This document shows, in pieces, positions 18,091-26,794 of a stretch of DNA of 64,000 nt; the first letter of the stretch is position 1, and each line of letters starts with the position of its first letter. This DNA is from Bacteroidales bacterium. GTDB taxonomy: Bacteria > Bacteroidota > Bacteroidia > Bacteroidales > WCHB1-69. Both the position numbers and the translations under genes were made by a program. Where the stretch lies: positions 2,793-66,792 of the forward strand of contig JAKSMD010000003.1 of the NCBI GenBank assembly GCA_024400815.1. Reading direction: 5' to 3'. A model generated the notes under the pieces. The model was not told the DNA's origin. It did not search any database and saw only the letters and a program-made list of their open reading frames with translations.

Positions 18091-19788
18091 TTAGCCGATG
18101 ACGGCTTCTGTTTTCTTCATTAAAGATCTTTCCTTTTTGTCAGCATTGATGACATATTGATGTGCTTTTTCAATCATCATGTTGGCATATTCTTTATCTA
18201 CAAGGGAAGAAGCATTGATTTTGACATTGAGGTAAGCGCCATGAACGGCAGCGCGGGCGCAGAGTACGCCGACGCCGGCATCGGATACAGAAGCAGGGTT
18301 GCCCTTCTTAATCATAGCTTCGCAGATGTCAAATACTTGGAATGCGGTTTCGATGGTCTTCATCGGAACTTCGGTGGCGTATTTGGTTGCGTCTTGGATA
18401 GCTTGTTTGCGTGCCGCTTTTTCTTCGTCGGTGCCCTTTGGCATACCAAAAGCATTCATAATCACGTTGAAAGCGTTGGTGTCTTCGTCAACGAGGGCGA
18501 GCAAGTTCTCTTTCAAAGCTTGTCCTTTTTCAGCCCATTGGGAGAAGAATTCCCATTTGTCGTCCCAGCCAGGTTTGTGAGAAGAAAGGTTGGCGACCAT
18601 TGTGCCGAGGGCAGCACCGAGAGCACCCATGTAAGCGGAAATAGAACCGCCGCCAGGGGCAGGACTTTCGGATGCCGTCTCATTGGCGAAACCAGTGCAG
18701 GTCATATCTACCAACTTTGGTGTGGTGTCTTCTTTCTCCAAAAGATATTCAATGACTTTTTCTTCTGCATTGAAAGGTTTCAAATCATCCAAGCCCATAG
18801 ACTTGATGGCGATTTTGACCTTTTCTTTTTCATCAATACCGAGGGAACGATGTTGTTTGGCGAGGTAGTAGTTGCCGGCGTCAATCAAAGTTTTCTTCGG
18901 GATGAGGCCGACGATTTCAGCGCCAGTCACGCGAACGCCGCGCTTGGCAGCCTTAGCGGTAACTTCGTCAAAAGCAACATGCAGTGGGGTTACGTTGGTG
19001 TTGGTGATGTTCATAGATACTTGGGCGATGCCGTATTCTGCAATGTACCAGCCGATAGCTTTGGTGCCTTTGAGCGTGCCCGGAATCATGATGGGATTGC
19101 CCTTCTCATCGAGCATCTTCTTGCCGGTGATAGGGTTGCCTTCGCGTCTTGGACGGCCCTTTTCACGGACATCAAAAGCGATGGCGTTGGCACGACGCGT
19201 GGAGGTCGTATTCAAATTGTAGTTGACTGCGATGAGAAAGTCGCGAGCGCCGATAGCCGTAGCACCGCTCTTGGCAACGCTTTCCGTGAATTTGCTCGGA
19301 CCGAAGTCGGGCTTCCATTCTTTGGTAGAAATTCTCTCCTTCAAGGCCTCATATTCACCCTGACGGCAGTTGGCGAGGTTGCGGCGCTTCTCTTCAAAGG
19401 CGGCATTCTCGTAGCAATATACAGGAATGTTCAGTTCTTTTCCGACCTTTTCTGCCAACTTGTGGGCATATTCAGCCGTTTCTTCCATAGTGATGTTGGC
19501 CACTGGAACGAATGGACAAACATCCGTAGCGCCAAAACGCGGGTGATCGCCGTGGTGATAGCGCATATCGATAAGCTCTTGACATTTAGCGATAAGGGCG
19601 AATGCAGCGTCAACGACAGCATCCGGCGTGCCGACGAAGGTGACGACGGTGCGGTTGGTGGTGGCACCTGGGTCAACATCTAACAAGGTGACACCTTCAG
19701 CTTGTCTGATGACATCGGCCACTTGGTTGATAATCTCGGGATTTCTACCCTCACTAAAGTTGGGAACACATTCAATGAGCTGTTTCAT
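18091..19788 (-). CDS. Bifunctional glutamate formimidoyltransferase / formimidoyltetrahydrofolate cyclodeaminase
   Basis: The start MKQLIECVPNFSEGRN is the canonical FTCD N terminus. The C-terminal part has the cyclodeaminase block SESPAPGGGSISAYMGALGAALGTMVANLS. The 123 extra codons in the ORF track run through the promoter region and are not coding. Confidence 0.9.
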   Translation of the reverse strand: MKQLIECVPNFSEGRNPEIINQVADVIRQAEGVTLLDVDPGATTNRTVVTFVGTPDAVVDAAFALIAKCQELIDMRYHHGDHPRFGATDVCPFVPVANITMEETAEYAHKLAEKVGKELNIPVYCYENAAFEEKRRNLANCRQGEYEALKERISTKEWKPDFGPSKFTESVAKSGATAIGARDFLIAVNYNLNTTSTRRANAIAFDVREKGRPRREGNPITGKKMLDEKGNPIMIPGTLKGTKAIGWYIAEYGIAQVSMNITNTNVTPLHVAFDEVTAKAAKRGVRVTGAEIVGLIPKKTLIDAGNYYLAKQHRSLGIDEKEKVKIAIKSMGLDDLKPFNAEEKVIEYLLEKEDTTPKLVDMTCTGFANETASESPAPGGGSISAYMGALGAALGTMVANLSSHKPGWDDKWEFFSQWAEKGQALKENLLALVDEDTNAFNVIMNAFGMPKGTDEEKAARKQAIQDATKYATEVPMKTIETAFQVFDICEAMIKKGNPASVSDAGVGVLCARAAVHGAYLNVKINASSLVDKEYANMMIEKAHQYVINADKKERSLMKKTEAVIG

Positions 19789-19840
19789 AATCTTATAGTA
19801 TTGATTTATAAAATGTTGTTGTTTTACGCAAAAAGTCTGC

Positions 19841-19848
19841 AAATGTAT
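19841..19848 (-). promoter_or_regulatory. Candidate -7 box for the FTCD/GT operon (TACATTTG, followed by CAG)
   Basis: The reverse complement of CAAATGTA matches TAnnTTTG. It lies ~50 nt upstream of the ATG at 19788. Confidence 0.55.
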
Positions 19849-19890
19849 AAAAAAACTTTGACATTGGTCATTGACTTTTTTGGACGCAAC

Positions 19891-19918
19891 TTGAAACCTG
19901 AAACCTGAAACTTGAAAC
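19891..19918. repeat. Four tandem YTGAAAC heptamers in a divergent promoter region
   Basis: TTGAAAC CTGAAAC CTGAAAC TTGAAAC, exact 7-bp register, ending 12 bp upstream of the -7 box at 19930. Confidence 0.8.
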
Positions 19919-19929
19919 CTAATATTTCT

Positions 19930-19937
19930 TATCTTTG
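19930..19937 (+). promoter_or_regulatory. Candidate -7 box (TATCTTTG, followed by CCGCC)
   Basis: Matches TAnnTTTG and lies 40 nt upstream of the ATG at 19978. It is part of the 13-mer TATCTTTGCCGCC, which also occurs at 35660 and 49848. Confidence 0.6.
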
Positions 19938-19977
19938 CCGCCTGTAATAAATTAAGGTAAAGACTATATTTTTGATT

Positions 19978-21186
19978 ATGAAAATAGGTTTGATCAAAGA
20001 GACAAAAGTGCCGGTTGACAACCGTGTGGCGCTCTCTCCCAAGCAGATGGCGCAATTGAAACAGCAATATCCGGAACATGAGTTTGTCGTTCAGGAGAGT
20101 GAACTCCGTGCGTTTTCGGATGAAGAATATCGTCAAGAGGGACTGCCTGTAGTGCAAGATATGTCCGACTGCGATATCTTATTTGGCATCAAAGAAGCCA
20201 AGATTGAATCGCTGATTCCCAATAAGCATTACATCTTTTTTGGTCATGTGGCCAAAATGCAGGCTTACAATCGTCCGCTGCTCCAAGCTCTGATGGCAAA
20301 GCATATTACCTTTACGGATTATGAATATTTGGTGGATGATAAAGGCATTCGTGTCTGTGCGTTTGGCTGGTGGGCAGGTGTTGTCGGCGTTTATTATACC
20401 CTTCGTGGCTATGGTTTGCGTCATCACCTTTATGAATTGCCCAAACCCGATCGCCGTTTTACTTTGGATGGTCTCAAGCTGGCCCTTCGCTCGGTTCCAT
20501 TGCCCGCTATCAAGTTGTTGGTGACAGGCAATGGCCGTGTTTCGCAAGGCGCCCAATATATTTTGAATGAAATTGGGGCGTGCCGTATGGATGAAACGAC
20601 CTTCTTGTCCACGCCAGCGGTTTCTGAACTCACTTATGCCGTGGCAGATGTCGATCGTTTGGTGAAACGCAAAGATGGAGAACCTTTCTCTTGGGAGCAT
20701 TTCAACCATTATGCCCAAGACTATGAAAGCGATTTTATGCGTTGGGCCTATTGTACCGATGTGCTTGTGTGCGCGCACTTCTGGGCTCCCGATGCCCCCG
20801 TCTATCTTTCTGAAGAGAATTTGAAAGATTCAAAACTCCGCATTCGCATGATTGGCGATATCACTTGTGACATCCAGGGCAGCGTGAAATCTACATTGCG
20901 TCCCGCAACCCACGATGATCCCTATTTTGATTATAATCCCCACACTGCTCAAGAAGAGCCGGCCTTTTCATCGGATGACAACATCTCCGTGATGGCCGTG
21001 GATACTTGTCCGAATGCCTTGGCTATGGATACCAGCGCCTATTTCGGCGATATGCTGATGGAACATGTTATTCCTGGACTGCTAACTGGCCAGCACAGTG
21101 ATGTTGTGCGCCGCGGCACTCTCCTTGAAAAAGGACAACTCACCCCGCGTTTTGCTTACCTCACCGACTTTGCCCAAAATTCCTAA
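19978..21186 (+). CDS. Lysine-ketoglutarate reductase-like enzyme (saccharopine dehydrogenase, L-lysine-forming; AlaDH/PNT fold)
   Basis: Blocks YIFFGHVAKMQAYNRPLL, DYEYLVDDKGIRVCAFGWWAGVVG, VTGNGRVSQGAQ, IGDITCDIQGS and AVDTCPNAL...YFGDML parallel, from memory, the LKR domain of eukaryotic AASS. The ATG at 19978 follows the TTG of the ORF track. Confidence 0.7.
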   Translation: MKIGLIKETKVPVDNRVALSPKQMAQLKQQYPEHEFVVQESELRAFSDEEYRQEGLPVVQDMSDCDILFGIKEAKIESLIPNKHYIFFGHVAKMQAYNRPLLQALMAKHITFTDYEYLVDDKGIRVCAFGWWAGVVGVYYTLRGYGLRHHLYELPKPDRRFTLDGLKLALRSVPLPAIKLLVTGNGRVSQGAQYILNEIGACRMDETTFLSTPAVSELTYAVADVDRLVKRKDGEPFSWEHFNHYAQDYESDFMRWAYCTDVLVCAHFWAPDAPVYLSEENLKDSKLRIRMIGDITCDIQGSVKSTLRPATHDDPYFDYNPHTAQEEPAFSSDDNISVMAVDTCPNALAMDTSAYFGDMLMEHVIPGLLTGQHSDVVRRGTLLEKGQLTPRFAYLTDFAQNS

Positions 21187-21201
21187 CCATATATCCCTGA
21201 A

Positions 21202-22650
21202 ATGTCCTCCGACGACCTTAAACAGAAAACTATCTCCGGAATGATTTGGAGTAGTCTCGGCAGAATAGGAACTGTTGGCATTACCTTCATTTCAAACTTG
21301 GTGCTTGCGCGTTTGCTGATGCCTGAAGATTTCGGCTGCATAGGCATGCTTTACATCTTCATTGCGGTATCCAGCATCTTCGTCAGCGGCGGACTGGGAC
21401 AAGCGCTCATTCAGAAAAAGGAACCGGCGCATATTGATTATACGACGGTATTCTACTGGAATTTGGTGATGTCGGTCATCTTTTATCTGATCCTTTTTTT
21501 CACCGCTCCAGCGATTGCGCGGTATTACAATATACCCTTATTGAAAAACGTGCTGCGTGTACAGAGTTTGGTGCTCTTTATACAGTCGTTTTCTTTGGTG
21601 CAATCCAACCAGTTGCAGAAACAGTTGCGTTTCAAAGAACTATCCACGCGGAATGTTATATCCGCGTTGGCAGGCATGGTGATTGCCATTATTATGGCTT
21701 TCTGCGGATATGGCGTATGGAGTTTGGTGGCGTCGGCATTGCTGTCGGCGCTCACCAGTGTGGTCCTGCTTTGGAAGATGAGCGATTGGCGACCTACCTG
21801 GGAGTTCAGTTTTCAATCACTGAAAGAATTGTTCAGCTTCGGCGGACTGATGCTCCTTTCTTCCTTGGTTGAGACGGTCTATACCAACATTCAAGGCTTG
21901 ATTATCGGCAAGCGTTATTCGGCGAAGGACTTGGGATTTTTCTCCCAAGCTAAAAAACTGGAAGAGGTGCCTACGAATTCGCTGTCTGCCATTGTCAATG
22001 AGGTCTCCTTTCCAGTCTTTTCTTCACTGCAAGACGACAAAGAGAAACTGCGCATGGGCGTGCGCAAGAATGTGAAGGCTATCACATACCTCAACTTTCC
22101 TTTGATGGTGGCCATGATGGTGGTGGCCAAACCGCTGGTGGTGCTCCTCTATGGCGCCAAATGGGCGGCATCTGCCCCTTATTTTCAGATTCTATGCGTG
22201 TCAAGCATGATTTATACGCTGAACACTTTGAACACCAATATCATCAAGTCATTGGGCAAAAGCGCGATATATTTCTTTGTCCAGTTGTCTAAACGCCTCA
22301 TCGGCATAGGCCTCATCATCTGGGGCGTGCAGTATGGCATCCGCGGTTTGCTGTGGGCGGTGACTTCTGTAGGCTATATCAGCTTTGTTATCAATGCGAT
22401 TGTCAATGGCAAATTGATACAATACGGCATCGCCAAACAGATTAAAGATATCGGCTTGTGCTATCTTTCAGCCGTGTTGATTGGAGTGGGCGTGTTTTTT
22501 GCAGGTAAGTTCATTCCGCTCCATCCGTATGTGGTGATGGCGCTGCAACTGGTGCTCTATTTCGTGCTGTATTGGCTGGTTTCTGTTTTGTTCAAGTTCG
22601 AAGGTTATAGAACCTATATGGATATTCTTAAAAGTAAAATCAAAAAATGA
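21202..22650 (+). CDS. wzx: Polysaccharide flippase, Wzx/MOP superfamily
   Basis: 482 aa with ~12-14 predicted TM segments. The GMIWSSLGRIGTVGITFISNLVLARLLMPEDFG N terminus is typical of polysaccharide biosynthesis (PST) flippases. Confidence 0.8.
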   Translation: MSSDDLKQKTISGMIWSSLGRIGTVGITFISNLVLARLLMPEDFGCIGMLYIFIAVSSIFVSGGLGQALIQKKEPAHIDYTTVFYWNLVMSVIFYLILFFTAPAIARYYNIPLLKNVLRVQSLVLFIQSFSLVQSNQLQKQLRFKELSTRNVISALAGMVIAIIMAFCGYGVWSLVASALLSALTSVVLLWKMSDWRPTWEFSFQSLKELFSFGGLMLLSSLVETVYTNIQGLIIGKRYSAKDLGFFSQAKKLEEVPTNSLSAIVNEVSFPVFSSLQDDKEKLRMGVRKNVKAITYLNFPLMVAMMVVAKPLVVLLYGAKWAASAPYFQILCVSSMIYTLNTLNTNIIKSLGKSAIYFFVQLSKRLIGIGLIIWGVQYGIRGLLWAVTSVGYISFVINAIVNGKLIQYGIAKQIKDIGLCYLSAVLIGVGVFFAGKFIPLHPYVVMALQLVLYFVLYWLVSVLFKFEGYRTYMDILKSKIKK

Positions 22651-23396
22651 GCTACTTAAAACGCCTATCTCATATTATCTTTAAAACGAATCTGCCGAAG
22701 ACGCTTTGGCTGAATTTTAAGATGCTGCCTTTCAAACAGGCGCGTAAACTGCCGATTTACATTTATGGCAGAATGCAGTTCCGCAATCTTTCCGGCAAAA
22801 TCATCTTGGATGCAGATAAGATTTCCTCTGGCATGATAAAAGTGGGGAAGCACGACTTTTACATTGCGACAGCGGTCCAGCGTACCCAATGGAATATTGC
22901 GGGTACGATGATTTTCAAAGGGCCCATCAAATTCCTGCAGGGCTCGTATATTCTCGTGGCTGGCAATGCTACGCTCGAAATTGGCGGCGATGAAGGCGTC
23001 TTTGGCACAAACTTGCGCATTTTCTGCTTTGACCACATTGTCTTAGGCAAAAATGTCCGTATGGCATGGGATGGCCAAATTATGGATTCTTCATTCCACT
23101 ATATTGAATTGCAACAGAAAGACAATCTGGTGAAACCGCTGACCAAGCCGATTGTGATTGGCAATAATGTATGGATTGGCAATCGTACGACGATTTCTAA
23201 GGGCACAGTGCTTCCCGACTATACGATTGTGGCATCTAACAGCATGGTTAATAAAGATTTTTCAGCGTTGGGACCGGATTGTATGCTGGCCGGTGCGCCT
23301 GCCATCCATAAGGCATCTGGATGCCATCGCATTTTTGACACCCAACGCGAAAGAGAACTGGACAAGCAATTCAACTATACCCGAACACATTTGTAG
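22647..23396 (+). CDS. Left-handed beta-helix (hexapeptide repeat) acyl/acetyltransferase
   Basis: Hexapeptide repeats are visible (IVIGNNVWIGNRTTISKGTVLPDYTIVASNSMV). ATGA overlap with the wzx stop. Confidence 0.7.
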   Translation: MSYLKRLSHIIFKTNLPKTLWLNFKMLPFKQARKLPIYIYGRMQFRNLSGKIILDADKISSGMIKVGKHDFYIATAVQRTQWNIAGTMIFKGPIKFLQGSYILVAGNATLEIGGDEGVFGTNLRIFCFDHIVLGKNVRMAWDGQIMDSSFHYIELQQKDNLVKPLTKPIVIGNNVWIGNRTTISKGTVLPDYTIVASNSMVNKDFSALGPDCMLAGAPAIHKASGCHRIFDTQRERELDKQFNYTRTHL

Positions 23397-23398
23397 TC

Positions 23399-24553
23399 AT
23401 GGTGATATATAATCCTTTTAGAAAATATCAGCAGGCCGTGAAGGTCGCGCTTCGCTGTTCCGATAAAGACTGGAAGAGCAAATGGCACAATGCATGCGAT
23501 TTCATGTCGCTATATGCGCAAAAGGGATTGCTAGCAGAGGAGTATTTGGAGTACGATTTTGACCAGCGCCCAGCATCGTTCAGAAAGTCTTTTTTAGGAC
23601 TGAATGAACAGCGCATCTATTTGGATTTGCTGAATCCGCAGAAATACTACATCCTGGCGCGCAATAAATATTTTGCCCATAAGATGTTGGAAAATGTTGG
23701 CATCCGCAAGGCAGAACTTTATGGCTACTACCAGCCCGAAGGTGTCTTTTGTGAAAATGAACATACTGCGTATGACTTGCCGACGATGCTGCGACTTTTG
23801 CGGCGCCAAGACGTTCACTCTTGCGTTATCAAAGCTACGGAAGGATCGCATGGCGATGAGGTTTTTGTCGTTGAGCACATTGACTTTTCGGAATCGGACG
23901 CCCAGCTGCATCTTTTCAATGGAATGGAGAAGAAATTGTCGGAGGTGCTTTCCGACACGCCCCTGCTATTTGAAAGTCTGGTGCAGCAAACCGAACAGTT
24001 GGCCTCGCTGAATCCCTCTTCCGTTAATACGGTACGCTTTATGACCCTACTCTATCCCACTGGAGAAGCTCGCCTCATTGCAACCTTCATCAAGATTGGT
24101 CGCGCTGGAAGCTGTGTGGATAATGCAGGCACGGGCGGCAATGTGGATGCCTGCGTTGATACGGAAACAGGTATGCTGAAGTATGCTATCCGCTATGATG
24201 GCGAACATCAATATCACGATATTGATGTCCACCCAGACACCCAAACTCCTATCAATGGAATGGTTATTGAACATTGGGCCGAAATCAAGAAGCAAGTGCT
24301 GCGCTACCAGCAGGCATTTCCTTACATTAAGGCCGCTGGCTGGGATATCGCCATCACGGATGAAGGACCGGTGGTCATTGAGGTGAACGACTTCTGGGAC
24401 CGCTTGGGACAACTTTTTTTGCGCCAAGGTTGGCGAAATGAAATTAGAGATTGTTATTTAGCTTGGAAAAATACAGGCAAACATTATTATTTTGGTAGAA
24501 AAAACAATATGTTGCGTTCAGGTCATCTTGAAAAAATAACTCGCTATGAGTAA
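23399..24553 (+). CDS. ATP-grasp amidoligase, sugar-transfer-associated type (ATPgrasp_ST-like), paralog 1
   Basis: LNPSSVNTVRFMT...IKIGRAGSCVDNAGTGGNVDACVD...AAGWDIAITDEGPVVIEVND. The C-terminal half aligns by eye with the paralog at 25670-26755. Confidence 0.65.
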   Translation: MVIYNPFRKYQQAVKVALRCSDKDWKSKWHNACDFMSLYAQKGLLAEEYLEYDFDQRPASFRKSFLGLNEQRIYLDLLNPQKYYILARNKYFAHKMLENVGIRKAELYGYYQPEGVFCENEHTAYDLPTMLRLLRRQDVHSCVIKATEGSHGDEVFVVEHIDFSESDAQLHLFNGMEKKLSEVLSDTPLLFESLVQQTEQLASLNPSSVNTVRFMTLLYPTGEARLIATFIKIGRAGSCVDNAGTGGNVDACVDTETGMLKYAIRYDGEHQYHDIDVHPDTQTPINGMVIEHWAEIKKQVLRYQQAFPYIKAAGWDIAITDEGPVVIEVNDFWDRLGQLFLRQGWRNEIRDCYLAWKNTGKHYYFGRKNNMLRSGHLEKITRYE

Positions 24554-25670
24554 TCCTATTCGAATATTCGTTGCGGGAGATTTCTGCTGCAAGCCATCTC
24601 CTTCGTTGTTAAGCGTTTCTGATGACTTGAAGGCCCGTATGCAGTCTTGTGAACTGCGGATTTGCAATTTCGAATTTCCGTTGCATGGCCAATCCACCAC
24701 TTCGAATTGGCAGCATGACAATACCCCGAACTTCTTGATTTCGTTGGGGTTCGACCTCTTCACATTGGCCAACAATCATATTTTGGATGGGGGCGAAGAT
24801 GGCTTTCGCAAGACGGTTGAAGCATTGCAAGGCAAAGGTTTTGGTGCTGGCACGTATGAAGAAGCCTATCAACCTCGCATCATGGAGATGGGCGGCAAGA
24901 AGATTGCCTTTTTGAGTCTCTGCTTTGCTGCCAAACAAGGTGTCTTTGATGATTTTTCGGATAAAAATAAATTGGGTTGCGCCTATCTGTATGATAAAAA
25001 AGTGAACCATGTCGTCTTGCAAACTAAAAAGGAGGTGGACTTCTTGGTGATTTTTGTGCATGATGGCATGGAGTATGTGGATGCGCCGCTGCCCGACACG
25101 ATAGCGCGCTACCGCGATTTGATTGACTATGGCGCCGATGCCGTTGTGGGCACGCATCCACACTGCCCGCAAGGTTGGGAAACTTATCAGCATAAGCCGA
25201 TATTATACAGCTTGGGGAACTTCTTTTTCAATAGTAAAGATACCGCACAAACGCATACCGACTTGCCGCATTGGTATGAAGGACTTTGCGCCGTGCTGAC
25301 TTTAGATGTGGACAACATTTCCGTTGAGGCCGTGCCGACCCGCAATGTCGATAATGTGCGTTTGGAGTTAGAAGATACGGAAGCTCGACGCACCTATCAT
25401 CAGCATTTATGTCAGCTGGTTTCAGATGATAATGCTTACCAGCAATATTTGCAACACAACATTTATGAAATTATACGGAAGCGCGATTACCTGATTTTGG
25501 ACGCTTCCGCACACAAAAAAGCATTTACGAAAACTTTGGGAATTTGGTTTCACCGGTTGGGCCATCTCCTGACAGGGCGTCGCCAGGTGCAAGACGAGCG
25601 GCTGGTGACCATGCTTAAAGACGATGCTCGTCGCAATACAATTTTACACGCATTAAACAATAATAAATAA
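24546..25670 (+). CDS. CapA/PGA_cap family metallophosphatase-fold protein
   Basis: The motif order is typical of CapA (PgsA): VAGDFCC, LANNHILDGGEDG, FVHDGMEY, GADAVVGTHPHCPQG. It overlaps the upstream ATP-grasp gene by 8 nt and the downstream one by 1 nt (TAATG). Confidence 0.75.
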   Translation: MSNPIRIFVAGDFCCKPSPSLLSVSDDLKARMQSCELRICNFEFPLHGQSTTSNWQHDNTPNFLISLGFDLFTLANNHILDGGEDGFRKTVEALQGKGFGAGTYEEAYQPRIMEMGGKKIAFLSLCFAAKQGVFDDFSDKNKLGCAYLYDKKVNHVVLQTKKEVDFLVIFVHDGMEYVDAPLPDTIARYRDLIDYGADAVVGTHPHCPQGWETYQHKPILYSLGNFFFNSKDTAQTHTDLPHWYEGLCAVLTLDVDNISVEAVPTRNVDNVRLELEDTEARRTYHQHLCQLVSDDNAYQQYLQHNIYEIIRKRDYLILDASAHKKAFTKTLGIWFHRLGHLLTGRRQVQDERLVTMLKDDARRNTILHALNNNK

Positions 25671-26755
25671 TGGAACCGCTTAGTTTTTTAGTCGCAAAAT
25701 TCAAAAAATGGTTGGCTTTGCAGTCTTTGGCATCTGAATTGCGTAGAAAATATCGCAAATTGCATATCAAAAGACCATTGACCATGCAGCAGAAAAAGGA
25801 AATCCAACAATTCTACCGTCAGAATATCGGTCATCGCGTGCCTTTGATTTGGCACAAGTTCCTCTATTCTCGTACGGGAGTCTATTCCAAAAAATACATT
25901 CCTGTTGGCGTGTATCGTACCGAAATGATTGGCCGTTTGAACAACTTCCAGATGATGGATGCCTATGCAGACAAGAATGTTTCCGAACAGTTGTTCCCGG
26001 AAGTGAAGCAGCCGAAGACTTTTGTGAAGAACATTCATGGCCATTTTTATATAGATAACAAAGCCGTCAGTCGTGCGGAAGCTATTGCGCACTGCCAGCA
26101 GGTTGGCGATGCGATCATAAAACCCTCTTTATCTACTCGAGGTGCCGGTGTGCGTGCGATTTCCGTAGTCAATGGGGTGACCAATGTGAATGGCAAAACC
26201 ATTGCGCAGCTCTTTGATGAATATGGTCAGGATTTTATTATGCAGGAACGTGTGCTACAACACCCTGATATGTCGGCGCTGAATCCAACTTCTGCCAATA
26301 CGATTCGATTGCTGACTTATCGTAAAGATATGGATGTCAGCATTATCTACACCGTCATTCGCATTGGTCGCACGGGCACGATTATCGACAATGAGAGTGC
26401 GGGCGGCATTAGCGCCCGCATCAATCCGGATGGCCGCTTGGCAAAATATGCTTTTGGTTCCGCTGGCACGGATTTGGTGGAAAAAACAGATAATGGCATC
26501 ACATTGGAAGGTTATGCGATTCCTTCATACGATAGAGTGGTGGAAACGGTTAAGCGCCTGCATCTCAATTTGCCGCACTTCAATATTGCCGCTTGGGACT
26601 TTGCTGTTGGCGAGCAGGGAGAACCTATATTCATAGAATGGAACGCCAACCCGGACCTCAGCCAGTCTGCCTTCGGACCAGCATTTGGTGATGATACCGA
26701 ACGGATTTTGAAAGAAATCTATCAGTATAAAAATACACGTCACCGCTATTGGTAA
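25670..26755 (+). CDS. ATP-grasp amidoligase, sugar-transfer-associated type (ATPgrasp_ST-like), paralog 2
   Basis: LNPTSANTIRLLT...IRIGRTGTIIDNESAGGISARIN...IAAWDFAVGEQGEPIFIEWNANPD. Clearly homologous to 23399-24553. Confidence 0.65.
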   Translation: MEPLSFLVAKFKKWLALQSLASELRRKYRKLHIKRPLTMQQKKEIQQFYRQNIGHRVPLIWHKFLYSRTGVYSKKYIPVGVYRTEMIGRLNNFQMMDAYADKNVSEQLFPEVKQPKTFVKNIHGHFYIDNKAVSRAEAIAHCQQVGDAIIKPSLSTRGAGVRAISVVNGVTNVNGKTIAQLFDEYGQDFIMQERVLQHPDMSALNPTSANTIRLLTYRKDMDVSIIYTVIRIGRTGTIIDNESAGGISARINPDGRLAKYAFGSAGTDLVEKTDNGITLEGYAIPSYDRVVETVKRLHLNLPHFNIAAWDFAVGEQGEPIFIEWNANPDLSQSAFGPAFGDDTERILKEIYQYKNTRHRYW

Positions 26756-26761
26756 AAAAAT

Positions 26762-26769
26762 TACTTTTG
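26762..26769 (+). promoter_or_regulatory. Candidate internal -7 box (TACTTTTG, followed by CATC) in the only sizeable gap of the glycan locus
   Basis: Matches TAnnTTTG and lies 26 nt upstream of the ATG at 26795. Confidence 0.4.
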
Positions 26770-26794
26770 CATCTCATTTTCAAAAATAAAAGCA

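Noticed and set aside
19891-19918. Tandem heptamers as a CRISPR array or microsatellite-type phase-variation tract.
   Set aside because: The 7-bp units have no spacers, so this is not a CRISPR array. The tract is intergenic and only four units long. That fits a protein-binding array better than a slippage-driven switch.
19789-20157. N-terminal 123-codon extension of the FTCD ORF in the six-frame track (688 aa).
   Set aside because: The extension runs through the -7 box at 19841, the heptamer repeat array and the start of the divergent LKR-like gene. The canonical FTCD N terminus MKQLIECVPNFSEGR begins at the ATG at 19788.
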